A stretch of DNA of 64,000 nucleotides from the NCBI GenBank assembly GCA_013239625.1, contig MU053482.1, positions 2,083,168-2,147,167 of the forward strand, written 5' to 3'. This document shows, one piece after another, positions 52,350-64,000 of this stretch; the first letter of the stretch is position 1; each line of letters begins with the position of its first letter. Source of the DNA: Lama guanicoe (Eukaryota). The position numbers were made by a program, and so were the translations under genes. The notes beneath the pieces were generated by a model. It was not told where the DNA came from, searched no databases, and saw nothing but the letters and a program-made list of their open reading frames with translations.

Positions 52350-53400
52350 GGCAAAAAGGTAGAAGGGATGTGCCAAGTGTGGCTGTAGTAGAAAGCTTGA
52401 AGCTGAGATTAGTTTGGAAAGGCAAGTGGGCTGCATTCTGTTAATAATAGGGAGCAACTGAACTTTTTGATCAAGTAAGTAAAAGGATGAAAGACATGTT
52501 TTGTGAGGATTAACCTGGCAGAAGTGTGAAGGGTGGGGGGTTTGGAGGAGGGTTAGAATGCAGACAGGGTGAGCAGAGGACGGTGCTGAACTCCAGATAA
52601 GAGATATGATGAGGGCCTTAATGAAGGCAGTGACAAGAGGGCTAAAAAGGAGGAAGCAGATTTAGGAGATAGGGATAGAAACAAGGATATGGTGACAGTG
52701 CATTAAGAGCAAAAGAATGCTTAGGGACAATTTCCAAGTTTCCCTAACATGACTATGTAGGTGGACAAGAGTACTCACCAAAATAGAGAATAAAGACGGC
52801 ACTAGTGAGCTGGGAAGATCAAAGTCTTTGGATATGTCTATCCAGTTTGTCTTAGAATGTCCAATGGATGCTAACCGGAAATTAAGTAAATATGAGTGTG
52901 GAGCTCAGAAACAGAGATGTGGATTGAAGCCACCCAAGATGAGTTCACCCAAGAAGACTGTGTACTATGAAGAGTCAAGAGGGGCAAGGACAGAAGGCTG
53001 AAGAACACCAACATTTATACAGTGGACAAAGTCAGAAGAACCTGAAAGGAAGACCGAGAAGTAGCCAGAAAGATAAGAGAAAGGCAAGAGATTCTTTAGA
53101 AGTCAAATGAGTAAAGTACAACAGAAAGTAAGTGGTATGAGGAAAAGGAAGAGCCCACCCAATTTCTTGTTTGATTAATTGATGACTTTGGTAAGAGCAA
53201 TTTCATTGAAATAATGGGGCTGAGAGCTAGATTGCAGTGGATGAAACAATGGGAAGCAAGCAAACGGACAGGATTTGTACACTATGCTTTTGGGGAGCTT
53301 GGCTGAAAAGGAAAGAGCAAGGATAGTAAACAGAGACAAGGACAATTTAGGATATTTTAGCTGAAGGGAACAAGGCATAGACAACAAACACACTGAATGA
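52350..53400 (-). mobile_element. Degenerate L2
   Basis: GA-rich L2 antisense motifs (gaagaacaccaacattta, gatgactttggtaagagcaatttca). Confidence 0.55.
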
Positions 53401-54440
53401 TTGACGGGATGTGATCTTGAACACTGGTTAAGGCTTAAGACAGGAAGGATGCCTCTTCCACTTTAGAAAGGGAGGTGAGGGTGATGCTCTCATTAACTTA
53501 GTGATCATTTGTTGACTATGTACTACATGCCAGGAACTGGCAGTGCACGGATAAAAGAACCCTCCAGCCTTTAAGGAATCTGGTATAGGAAAGACAAAAG
53601 CGGATCAACAATCATATAACAGCTATCTACTAGATTTTGAAGTGGCACAGTGGGTGAAAGTGGGTGAAACTTTGACTGAATAAGTCAGAGAAGTTTTACA
53701 AGAGGAGACGCTTGCATTTAGTCCAGGTTGAGCACGAATTCTCTGGCCCAGGAGAAGGGGGTCACGGGCGTGCCAAGTTAAATTCCAGTGAAAATTAACA
53801 TGTGGCGAGTAGCAAATTTACGGGGTCTGGAGAATAAAGGACCTTAAAGCAAACAGGCGTTGAGGTCCCTGAACTGAGGTTGTTCAAACACGATGTCCAG
53901 AAAGATGGCAGTGTCAGCGAGCAGTTCCCGGAGGGTGGTAGAGAGCTCTAGGAAGGACTTTAAAGGGAGCAGTGCGGTCACTGAGGGTCAAAAAGTGCTT
54001 CGCGATTCTTCACTGCGGCCAGGGGACAAGCAAGCCACCGGTGCCGCCCCGACCGAGCCGACCACCAAGAACAGACACGCGGCGGGCTGTTCAGGGCTGC
54101 CGCGGCTGGTGGTGAGATGGGCCATGGCGCCCGGGAGAGAGCAAGGCCTAACTGAGCCGAGCGTCATGCACCACAGCGCCCCAAGCCCCACCTTCCGGGA
54201 CTGCGCTCCGCCTGAGCCCAAGCAGACGCCAGACTGCACGAAAAACGACTCTCGCAGCTACAGCCCCCGGAACAGCTCTGTGACGGCGACATCAAGCCGC
54301 AGGAAGAGGAAGTGGCAAGGCTCCCAGCATCGCGAGAGCCGTGACCCCAAAGAAGCCCCGCCCGAAGCCCGGCCTCCGCGGCAGGAAGTGAGGCGTTGGC
54401 TCCGCCCCCGTCCTCGATAGCTCGCGAGACTTTGCCGAGG

Positions 54441-54457
54441 CTTTCCTCTTTCTTTTC
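54441..54457 (+). promoter_or_regulatory. RPL27A: TCT initiator / 5'TOP tract of RPL27A
   Basis: ctttcctctttcttttc just before the ATG, typical of ribosomal protein genes. Confidence 0.85.
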
Positions 54458-54467
54458 GGCCGTCGAC

Positions 54468-54470
54468 ATG
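54468..54470 (+). CDS. RPL27A: RPL27A exon 1 coding part (ATG only)
   Basis: gacATG|gtaggt; phase 0 joins PSRL... Confidence 0.93.
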
Positions 54471-54839
54471 GTAGGTGATTCTCCTCGTGTGTCTATGTCA
54501 TTGCTGGCGCAGGCCGCAAACGTTCTCACCCTGACTCCAGTCTGCTACTGCCGATCTTGGCCCGGTCTTCCGGGCTGCGCACGGCCAGCCTCAGGGCGGG
54601 GTGGCCGGCGTGTGCCCGGGGCGGGGCAGGGAGCCTGTAGCCGCGTGTTCGTCCCGCAGTTCGGATTCTTCAGACGCGCTGGCAAGGGCGCCTCCCTGAT
54701 GAGGCCTCGCGGCCCCGGGCCAGGCCGTAACCTCAACTTTGCTGGAGGTGCCACAGAACAGATCCTTGACCCCCAGGCCCACAGCCCCTTCCAGACTGGC
54801 AAGCTTCGCCCCCTGCTCCAGCTCCCTTGGGCCTTATAA

Positions 54840-54983
<144 letters not shown>

Positions 54984-55313
54984 TAGTCGGGAAGGAGGTA
55001 GCTTATAGAAGTGGGTTGGTGAGAGTTCTGTGTCATCGAGTCGGGTTGAATGTGATCATTAGCTGTGGTTAATGCTCCTGTGTCAGAATTTCACATAAGT
55101 TGGGGGGATGAAAATTGAGCGGGGCCCAGTATTGAAATGGTTGAAGGCATAAAATGAAGTACTGTGTTAGTGTTGTGTTTAACCTAGAGTCTTGAACAGC
55201 ACTGTTGGAAGACGTAGACTGGTAACAGTATAAGCAGAGGCACAGAATTATGGTGAAATACTTTTGCCGGAAGTAATATTGAGGGGCTGCAGAAGGCTGT
55301 CTTAGCCATGTAG

Positions 55314-55405
<92 letters not shown>

Positions 55406-55571
55406 GTGAGTGGTTTTGGGCTGCTTTTACTGACACTGACCCCTTTGGATTTAGGGACAGAAGGTGGCTAAGAACATCTTCAATGGGGAGCAAGCCTCTT
55501 ACCAACCCAAAACCTTACTGGTTACTGGCTTTTATCAAGTTAATATTTGACGTCAACTGAGAGAACTTGTC

Positions 55572-55701
55572 ATCGAGGCTAGAGTCACGCTTGGGTATCA
55601 GCTATTGCCTTAGTGTGCTAGAGTCCTCGAAGAGTAGCTGCTAACCTTATTCACTGGCTGTGGCCTTCATGGCATAGTCAGTCACCAGGTTAGTGACATG
55701 C
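55572..55701 (+). ncRNA. SNORA3A: H/ACA snoRNA SNORA3A (ACA3), RPL27A intron 3
   Basis: Recognisable ACA3 sequence; H box AGAGTA 55631-55636; ACA 55696-55698, 3 nt from the end. Confidence 0.93.
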
Positions 55702-56064
55702 ATCAGATTGACTAACACAACTGATAGGTTCACTTACGTCCACAAATTAGGGAGATGATATTTTAACTACCTGTTTAGGGAGAGCTCTGTTACAGGAGTA
55801 TGTGGAAACTAAGTGATCTGAATTCTAGTCTTGGTCCTGCCTCTTGACTTTCTCAGTAGTTCATTCTGGTTCCATGAAATAAAGCTAATCTTTTCCTCTT
55901 GATAGTCTTTGGTTGTGTCTTAAAGATTTGTTTTATTTAACAAACTAATGGCGTACCTGCTGTGTCACTCTCCTGCGCCAGTGAACAACTTACACTGTAA
56001 TGGGGGGGTGGACTATAAAGATGATAAACATAGCTTTTGAGCTGTAGTGAGGTAATGAAAATGA

Positions 56065-56283
<219 letters not shown>

Positions 56284-56977
56284 TAAATGGGCCCCTGCCT
56301 CTCAAAACTCTGGGTAATCTAGCCTACTCGATCTCCCACCTGAAGTCTATACCCAGCTACCTACTAGATAATTCCACCTTTTGGTAGAATTTCCACAGGT
56401 GATTCACTGACCATAATTGAACTCTTGTTTAATTGTGATTGAGGCAGAATGTCTGAAGAGTGATCCTTACACTCATTCATTTACTTCATTTTCACTTGAA
56501 TGTTCTTCCAGACAGTTTCTTATTCCTACCATCAGTATCCTGATTTGTACAGGTTACTCACCTAAACTGTTGGCAGTAACTTAGGCCAGCCGGTTCTGGT
56601 CTATTTTATGCAGGACTACATGAAGCACAGTTCTTGACCCTCCACGTTTCTTACAGAATAAAATCCTAATATGTTCAATTCTTATTTAAGGCCCTATATT
56701 ATCTGAAGAGATTCCCACCCCCCTACTCCAAAATAAGCTTTTTTGTATATCGTTAAGAGTTCTAATCGTTTTGTCAGCCTTACCACCCATGAGTAAGTAG
56801 GAAGGTAGTCAACGCTGAGGAGACATCAGTAAAGTTTTAGAATCCCCCTTCTCAGCTTAGTTAACATTCTTTAAGCAGTTCTGATGGTCAGGACTTCTTT
56901 GAACATTGCTGGAAATGTGATTTTCTTTTTCTGCTTGTCAGGTGGTGAATGAATAAGAGAAAGGGGTTTGAACTTTT

Positions 56978-57106
56978 CCCGAGACTAGAGTCACATCCTG
57001 ACAGCTTTTGTCCTGGTGTGCTAGAGTCCTCGGAGAGAATCTGCTGGTCTTGATTCACTGGCGAGGGCAGTCAGTGCCCCCGTGAGTGCCCAGATCAGAA
57101 ACATAC
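56978..57106 (+). ncRNA. SNORA3B: H/ACA snoRNA SNORA3B (ACA3-2/SNORA45) copy 1
   Basis: H box AGAGAA 57034-57039; ACA 57101-57103; paralogous to SNORA3A. Confidence 0.88.
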
Positions 57107-57617
57107 TCTCCCTGGCTCCTAGATGGAGTGGGTTGGCAGGCATCTTCATACCCATCATAGAGTTGGTGACAGCCAAGTCCTGATTTGTACAGGTTACTCA
57201 CCTAAACTGGTGGCAGTAACTTAGGCCAGCCGGTTCTGGTCTGTTTTATGCAGGACTACATGAAGCACAGTTCTTGACCCTCCACGTTTCTTACAGAATA
57301 AAATCCTAATATGTTCAATTCTTATTTAAGGCCCTATATTATCTGAAGAGATTCCCACCCCCCTACTCCAAAATAAGCTTTTTTGTATATCGTTAAGAGT
57401 TCTAATCGTTTTGTCAGCCTTACCACCCATGAGTAAGTAGGAAGGTAGTCAACGCTGAGGAGACATCAGTAAAGTTTTAGAATCCCCCTTCTCAGCTTAG
57501 TTAACATTCTTTAAGCAGTTCTGATGGTCAGGACTTCTTTGAACATTGCTGGAAATGTGATTTTCTTTTTCTACTTGTCAGGTGGTGAATGAATAAGAGA
57601 AAGGGGTTTGAACTTTT

Positions 57618-57746
57618 CCCGAGACTAGAGTCACATCCTGACAGCTTTTGTCCTGGTGTGCTAGAGTCCTCGGAGAGAATCTGCTGGTCTTGATTCACTG
57701 GCGAGGGCAGTCAGTGCCCCCGTGAGTGCCCAGATCAGAAACATAC
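57618..57746 (+). ncRNA. SNORA3B: H/ACA snoRNA SNORA3B copy 2
   Basis: Identical to copy 1 at +640; ~104 nt upstream of exon 5. Confidence 0.92.
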
Positions 57747-57850
57747 TCTCCCTGGCTCCTAGATGGAGTGGGTTGGCAGGCATCTTCATACCCATCATAG
57801 AGTTGGTGACAGCCAAGGTGCATTATAAACCCTTTTCTCTGTTCTTCTAG

Positions 57851-57979
<129 letters not shown>

Positions 57980-57999
57980 AGCCACATGGTGGAGGATTC

Positions 58000-58005
58000 A
58001 TTAAA
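58000..58005 (+). terminator. RPL27A: RPL27A poly(A) signal ATTAAA
   Basis: 20 nt after the stop, followed by T/GT-rich sequence. Confidence 0.7.
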
Positions 58006-60099
58006 TGTTATCAAGTGCTTTTCTCTTCTGGTCTGAGTGTAGGTTCTTTGGTACCTATTCCTCCCTACCTATACATCAGAAACCCACCTACCAGGTTCTA
58101 GGAGTAAGGGTATGAGGACCTGGGCACCTCTGCCACCCTCAGAAAGTATGGAAGAGATAGCACCAACACTTAGAGGCCTTGGCTGGTTACCTAATTTGAG
58201 CCTTTTCACTTACAAAGTGAGAATGATATTTGTTGATAATGTGTATACCTTAACAGTTGAAAGGCCTATTGGCTTTGTATGCTCTGAATTTACAATGAGT
58301 AGGAGAGAGTGTCCTTCAGTATTCCATGGGGCTCAAAGGAGAGGAACTCAGTTTTGAGGAGGCATGAGCTTTACAAGATTTTGATGGGTCACAGTTGGAA
58401 AGAGGGAGTGGTGATGTGATAGAAGTTTCCTTTGGAACTTAATTCCTCAATCTAGGGTTCTTCCACCTGGCTTCTTCATCTCAGACCAAAACCATTGGTC
58501 AATCAGAATGTTGCAATGGGTCCAGCATTGTGAGGGCTTTTACACATCAGAGTGGTTTGGATTCTAGAAAGTAGTTGTCAGGACTTAACGTATCTGGGCA
58601 TAGGAGTCTTAATGTTAAAAAAAAATCATGAAATGTTAATAATTTTGCTTTATTAGTCTGAAATTTACCTAGAGGAATTTGGGAAATGCAGAAACCGGAA
58701 TCGGGTTTTCTAGGGTTTTGTATTCTGCAAACCTGTGAAGACAACCAGGGCTTATGTGCAGATAGCACCCCCTTAGATAATCTTAAATTGTAATTCGCTA
58801 TTGTTTTATGGTTCTTCCCAAGATTTTGAGTTTTTTGACCCAAAATAAAACTTGCAGTCTAGAACCCTGGCCAAAGAAATAGTTAAAATGGCGCTTAAGT
58901 CTAATGAAAACTACTACCAGGTTTAGTTGTTTCCATGGAGGGTTTCCGTGTTGCTCAGTGGGATCATAAGTGGGGTTAGGAACCATCACTCTATGGGACT
59001 AACGTGTCGTGACAGCCTTTGGAAGATACTGGGGATGATCAAATAATAGGAAGCACTGGGAGGAAACATAATTGACAATACTGGAGAGTTAAAAAGTGTC
59101 AGGAAGACACTCAGTTGGATAATTGAATTATTTACATCTTCCACATTGGTGCTGATGGAGAAAGGTAAAAATGGGTATCCTTTTGATGTCTTTTGGAGGA
59201 CTTACGTGGAAGTTGAGACTGGATTTCCAACAGGTGGTCAGTAGTTGATAGTTACAAGACAGTTTAATGTTTGATACCTACTAGACTCTGAAAGTGTAGA
59301 CATACAAAATACAGTGTCTTAAGATTCAGGCCACATTTGAAATTTAGATCCGAACCTAACAGCTGTGTGACGCTTAGTCCAATTTTCTTATTTTTAAATT
59401 TAGGTAAAGGTACCTATGAGGGTTGTGTGGATCACGTGAAATGGAAAGCATTTACTAAATTTTTGTTTGGCTCTTAGTAACTGGCATGTGAGTGAACTAT
59501 TACAGGAGCAGGCAAGTCAATTAACCTTGGTGTGCTTCAGTCAGTTGGAAAATGGTCTAACCAGGAGGAAGAGCAAACATGTTTAAGAAACCCAATTTGG
59601 AAAGATTAGGCAAATTGGGAGGTATTAGGTGGGAGATGAACCTGGAGAGAACAGGTACTCAGACCAGGTTGTAGTTGAAGCACAATGCTACAGAGGGAGG
59701 CTGGAGGCAGGACTTTGAGGGTGTAAGAGAAATAAGACAGAAAACAAAGGTAACAGGACTTGGTGACTGAATAAGAAGTGGGACTGGCAGCAAAATAGGG
59801 TTTAGAGGAGGATAGTTGGCCAGTAGGAGATAGTTGGTGGTCTTCAATTATTTGTTCGCTACCTTTAAAATAATTGTGGGAAATGTTAGGTTAACGGTTA
59901 AATTTTCTATAAGCTTGAATTGCTAAGGATATTTCTAACCTAATGTATCTGTGCTTTAAATACATGTTCATTCAAACAGCGGAGCTTCAGCAGTAACTTC
60001 CAATTTATGGGCAATGTCCGCCACATAACTTGCAAATAACGTCATTGGCACCGAAACCAGCTAAACAGGATTTAAGTTTTAAATTCAAATAAGTAGATT

Positions 60100-60580
60100 T
60101 CCATTCGATGGCTAACTAGCCCAGGAGCAGCCAGCCCCCGGGAGGAAAAGCAGCCAAAGTCTTGCAGCGCTAGCGGAAGCGGTGCAGGGCGCGCCTACTC
60201 TAGGGGGCGGGAGGCTACGAGATCAAGCTCCCGCAGCTGCTCTCTTCCCCGCCCTTGAGAGCCACTTCCGGGGTCCTGAGGTTCTGCTTCCGTCGTCAGA
60301 CCTCCCTCACCCCATCCCACAGCTGGAAGCACGGTCGGCCCCGGCTCCATTTCCGGCAGAGGGTGGAGTCGTCCCGTGTCGCTCAGCGGAGAAACTTTCC
60401 CGGATAAGGCGGGAGGTTTAACCCAGCCCTGGTCCGGTCCCAGTGCGGCGTGGGTAAGCACTCTGAGCGGGGGTGCCGGCCTCGCCGTACTTCAAGTCCT
60501 GCTTCGGCCGCGCGGAAGAACGTGAGACGCGGTCTTTCTGTGCACGTTCAAGATGGGAATTTCCAGACCGCTCAGAATTA
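60100..60580 (+). promoter_or_regulatory. Orphan CpG island, promoter-like
   Basis: CpG-dense; ETS CACTTCCGG 60263 and ATTTCCGG 60349; GC boxes; TGG|GTAAGC donor at 60453/60454. Confidence 0.65.
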
Positions 60581-60709
60581 ACTTCGTTTACGTTGTCTCA
60601 AAGATAATGAGTGCCAGCTGTGTTCGAGGTACTTTGGCCTAAAAAAAAATATGCTTGTACGCGCATGGGAAAGTTGTGGAAGAAAACCCAAAGAACGGAT
60701 TTCTGTGCA

Positions 60710-60760
60710 GCATTGGTATAGTGGTGAGCATAGCTGCTTTCCAAGGAACGGGTTTCCTCA
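60710..60760 (+). pseudogene. Decayed tRNA-Gly(TCC), 5' half intact, 3' half eroded
   Basis: 60714-60745 matches the recalled vertebrate tRNA-Gly-TCC D-arm to anticodon at 31/32; no intact B box. Confidence 0.75.
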
Positions 60761-61879
60761 TGAGTTTTGGGAGTTGAGGGAGATGGGTGCTTTGGTAGTC
60801 TGAGCTTGTTTAACCAAATGTGTATTACTTTCATACTAAAACGCAATATAAATGGACGAAAATAACTAAAAATAGTTGTTGGTAGTTTGTCAGTGCTGAA
60901 AAGTAATATTTTCTCTTATTCTAGAGCTTTCATGACTTTTTAAATTACACCCACCCCCAACCTCAAAGGCAAATAAATGTGAGATATTTTGGAATGCTTA
61001 CTACCACATTATGTGGCTCAAGAAACTAATTTTGTATGTCACCCCTAGTAAGTAGCATACTAAGAATATAGGTTAAAGTGTTATCTTTAATTTCTGACTC
61101 CATTTTGCCTCCCAATTTTTACTTTACTTTCGTTTCCACTTTAAAGTTGGGTTTTTAAAAATACCCTATTTTTGTATCTTATAAATCAGTCATTTGGAAT
61201 ACAAGGAGGGTTATAAGTCTATTTGTGAAATAAAGGGTATTATTTTTAAACAAAATTTAAACTGAGCTATGATTATAATTAGAGTAATTTTCTTGGAGCC
61301 CTAATTCCGCAGACCATCCAATGTGAACCATAGCTGGAATAATATGCTTTCCGAGGGCACTCCAAAATACTGCCTTTAAAAAATCCAGACTTCTCATTTC
61401 AACACTGTTGTTTACCAAAGCATGGTTACTGAGAAGAGCATTTAGAAAGATGTAATAATGGCACAGCCTGCCCTGCTCTAAAAGTTACCAGACTGATTAG
61501 AGGAGAAAACTCAGGGCTTTTCTTAAGTCCAGAATGGAGGAGGGCTGACACCACAGACACTGGGACTTCTGGTAGATAAGATAGCATTTCCTTGCTCTGA
61601 GCAACTGCCCTGGGTTGTCAGAAAGGCATTAAGGACACTTGTTTTCAATAGTGGCAGTACCATCCTCTAAGGGAGCGTTTTTTTGTCTCTCACAATCCTG
61701 GAAGGGAAGCAATCCGGGATGCTAGATGTCCTGCAATGTATGGGTTGACTCTAAAGTGCAAAGAAAAAAGTAGCTTAGAACAGACCTAACTTATTTTTAC
61801 GCACAAAATCAAAAAGGGTTTGTGTTTTTTTGCAGTTTTCACATACTTCTGTTTTCCAGGATTGCAATTATTGGGTTCT

Positions 61880-64000
61880 TTTGTTTTTTTAATTGAAGTA
61901 TAGTCAGTTACAGTGTTAATTTCTGATGTACAGCACAATGTCCCAGTCATGAATATACATACATATATTCATTTTCATATTTTTTCATCATAGGTTCTTA
62001 GAAGATACTGAATATAGTTCCCTGTGCTAAACAGAAGAAATTTGTTTATCAATTTTTAAAATGTATTTTTATATATAGTGGCTAACGTTTGCAAATCTCA
62101 AAACTCCCAAATTTATCCTGTTGCAACCCCTTTCCCGGGGTAACCATAATATTGTTTACTATATCTGCAAGTCTGCTTATGTTTTGTAGATGAGTTCAGT
62201 AGTGTCCTCTTTTTTTATTGTTTTAGATACCACATGAGTGATATATGGTATTTTTCTTTCTCTTTTTGGCTTACTTCACTTAGAATGATGATCTCTAGGG
62301 CCATCCATGTTGCTGCAAATGGCATTTTATTTTTTATGGTTGAGTAGTATTCCATTATATATGTGTATGTGTGTGTGTGTATATATATATATTCCAGTAT
62401 ATACACAGTTGTATATATATACAACTTCTTGATCCAGTCATCTGGTGATGGACATTTAGGTTGCTTCCATGTCTTGGCTATTGTATATAGTGCTGCTGCG
62501 AACATTGAGGTGCAAGTATCTTTTCAAATTAGAGTTCCCTCCAGATATATGCCTAGGGGTGAGATTGCTGGATCATATGGTAAGTCTATTTTTATTTTTT
62601 TGAGGAATCTCCAGTTTTCCATAATGGCCTTACCAAACTACATTCCCACCAGCAGTGTAGGGGGGTTCCCTTTTCTCCACACCCTCTCCAGCATTTATTG
62701 TTTGTGGACTTTTGAGTGATAGCCATTCTGACTGGTGTAAGGTGAAAACTCACTGTAGTTTTGACTTGCATTTCTCTGATAATTAGTGATAGAAAGCATT
62801 TTTCATGTGCCTATTGGCCATTTTTATGTCTTCATTGGAGAATTTCTTGTGTAGGTCTTCTGCCCATTTTTGGATTGGACTGTTTTTTTATTAAGTTGTA
62901 TGAGCTGTTTACATACTCTGGAAATTAAGCCTTTATCAGCTGCAGCATTTGTAAATATTTTCTCCCATTCCATAGGTTGTCATTTTGTTTTACTTACGGT
63001 TTCCTTTGCTATGCAAAAGCTTATAAGTTTAATTGGGTCCTGTTTGTTTTTTGCTTTTATTTCTGTTGCCTGGGTAGACTGCCCCAGGAGAACATTCCTA
63101 AGATTTATGTCAGAGAATGTTTGGCCTATGTTTTCTTCTGAGAGGTTTATTGTGTCTTGTCTTATATTTAAGTCTTTAAGCCATTTTGAGTTTATTTTTA
63201 TGTATGGTGTGATGGAGTGTTCTAACTTCATTGATTTACATGCTGCTATCCAGTTTTCCCAACACTTGCTGAAGAGACTGTCTTTTCTCTATTGTATAGT
63301 CTTGCCTTCTTTGTCAAAGATTAACTGATTGTAGGTCTGTGCATCTATTTCTGGGCTCTCTATTCTGTTCCACTGATTCATATGTCTGTTTTTATGCCAA
63401 TACTATGGTGTTTTGATTATTGTAGCTCTGTAGTATTGTCTGAAGTCTGGGAGGGTTATTCCTCCAGCTTCATTCTTTTTCTTCAAAATTGCTTTGGCAA
63501 TTCTGGGTCTTTTGTGATTCCATATAAATTTTAGGATTATTTGTTCTAGTTCTATAAAATATGTCTTGGGCAATTTGATAGGGATTGTATTAAATCTGTA
63601 GGTTGCCTTGGGTGGTATGGCTATTTTAACAACATTGAGTCTTCCAATCCAAGAGAATGGGTATCTTTCCATTTCTTTAAGTTGTCTTTAATTTCCTTAA
63701 TGTTTTGTAATTCTCCTTGTGTAAGTCTTTCCCCTCTTTGGTCATATTTATTCCTAAGAATTGTTTTAGATGTGATTTGTAAAGGATTGTTTCCTTACTT
63801 TCTTTCCCTGCTATTTCATTGTTAGTGTAAAGAAATGCAACTGATTTCTGTATGTTAATGTTGTATCCTGCTACCTTGCCAAATTCTTTTATCAGCTCTA
63901 GTTTTGTGTGGAGGTTTTAGGGTTTTCTATATATAGTATCATGTCATCTGCATATAGTGACAATTTCTCTCTTCTCTTCCAATTTGGATCCATTTTATTT
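61880..64000 (-). mobile_element. L1 LINE 3' part (ORF2 end and 3'UTR), frameshifted, runs off the window
   Basis: Minus peptides [42 protein letters not shown]-rich tail near 61880. Confidence 0.95.

Larger units (their letters stand above)
56538..57817 (+). repeat. Tandem duplication 2 x 640 bp (56538-57177, 57178-57817)
   Basis: Direct comparison shows 3 substitutions: 56570/57210, 56603/57243, 56933/57573. Confidence 0.97.

Noticed and set aside
62363..63328. Plus-strand hydrophobic ORFs (118 and 152 aa)
   Set aside because: Antisense frames of L1 ORF2

Overview
Mammalian genomic DNA, most likely camelid (two Vic-1-like tRNA-Ala-derived SINEs). Most of the window is TRIM66 (TIF1-delta) on the minus strand. 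I traced 20 coding exons (47768 to stop at 4510) with GT-AG ends and consistent phases, giving RING, B-box1, B-box2, coiled coil, Q/P-rich linker, PxVxL, PHD and bromodomain. TRIM66 is head-to-head at a CpG island (~53.95-54.95 kb) with RPL27A (plus strand, 5 coding exons, 148 aa, 5'TOP start). RPL27A hosts SNORA3A in intron 3 and two identical SNORA3B copies in intron 4, due to a 640-bp tandem duplication. Downstream are an orphan CpG-island promoter-like element, a decayed tRNA-Gly(TCC) and a minus-strand L1. Best leads: (1) two H/ACA snoRNAs in one intron with a candidate poison exon between them (possible sno-lncRNA versus two-snoRNA switch, unless an assembly artefact); (2) an internal CRE/X-box promoter candidate that would give RING-less TRIM66 alongside an intact RING exon. 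Gene and repeat names come from recognition, not database searches. Repeat boundaries are approximate.
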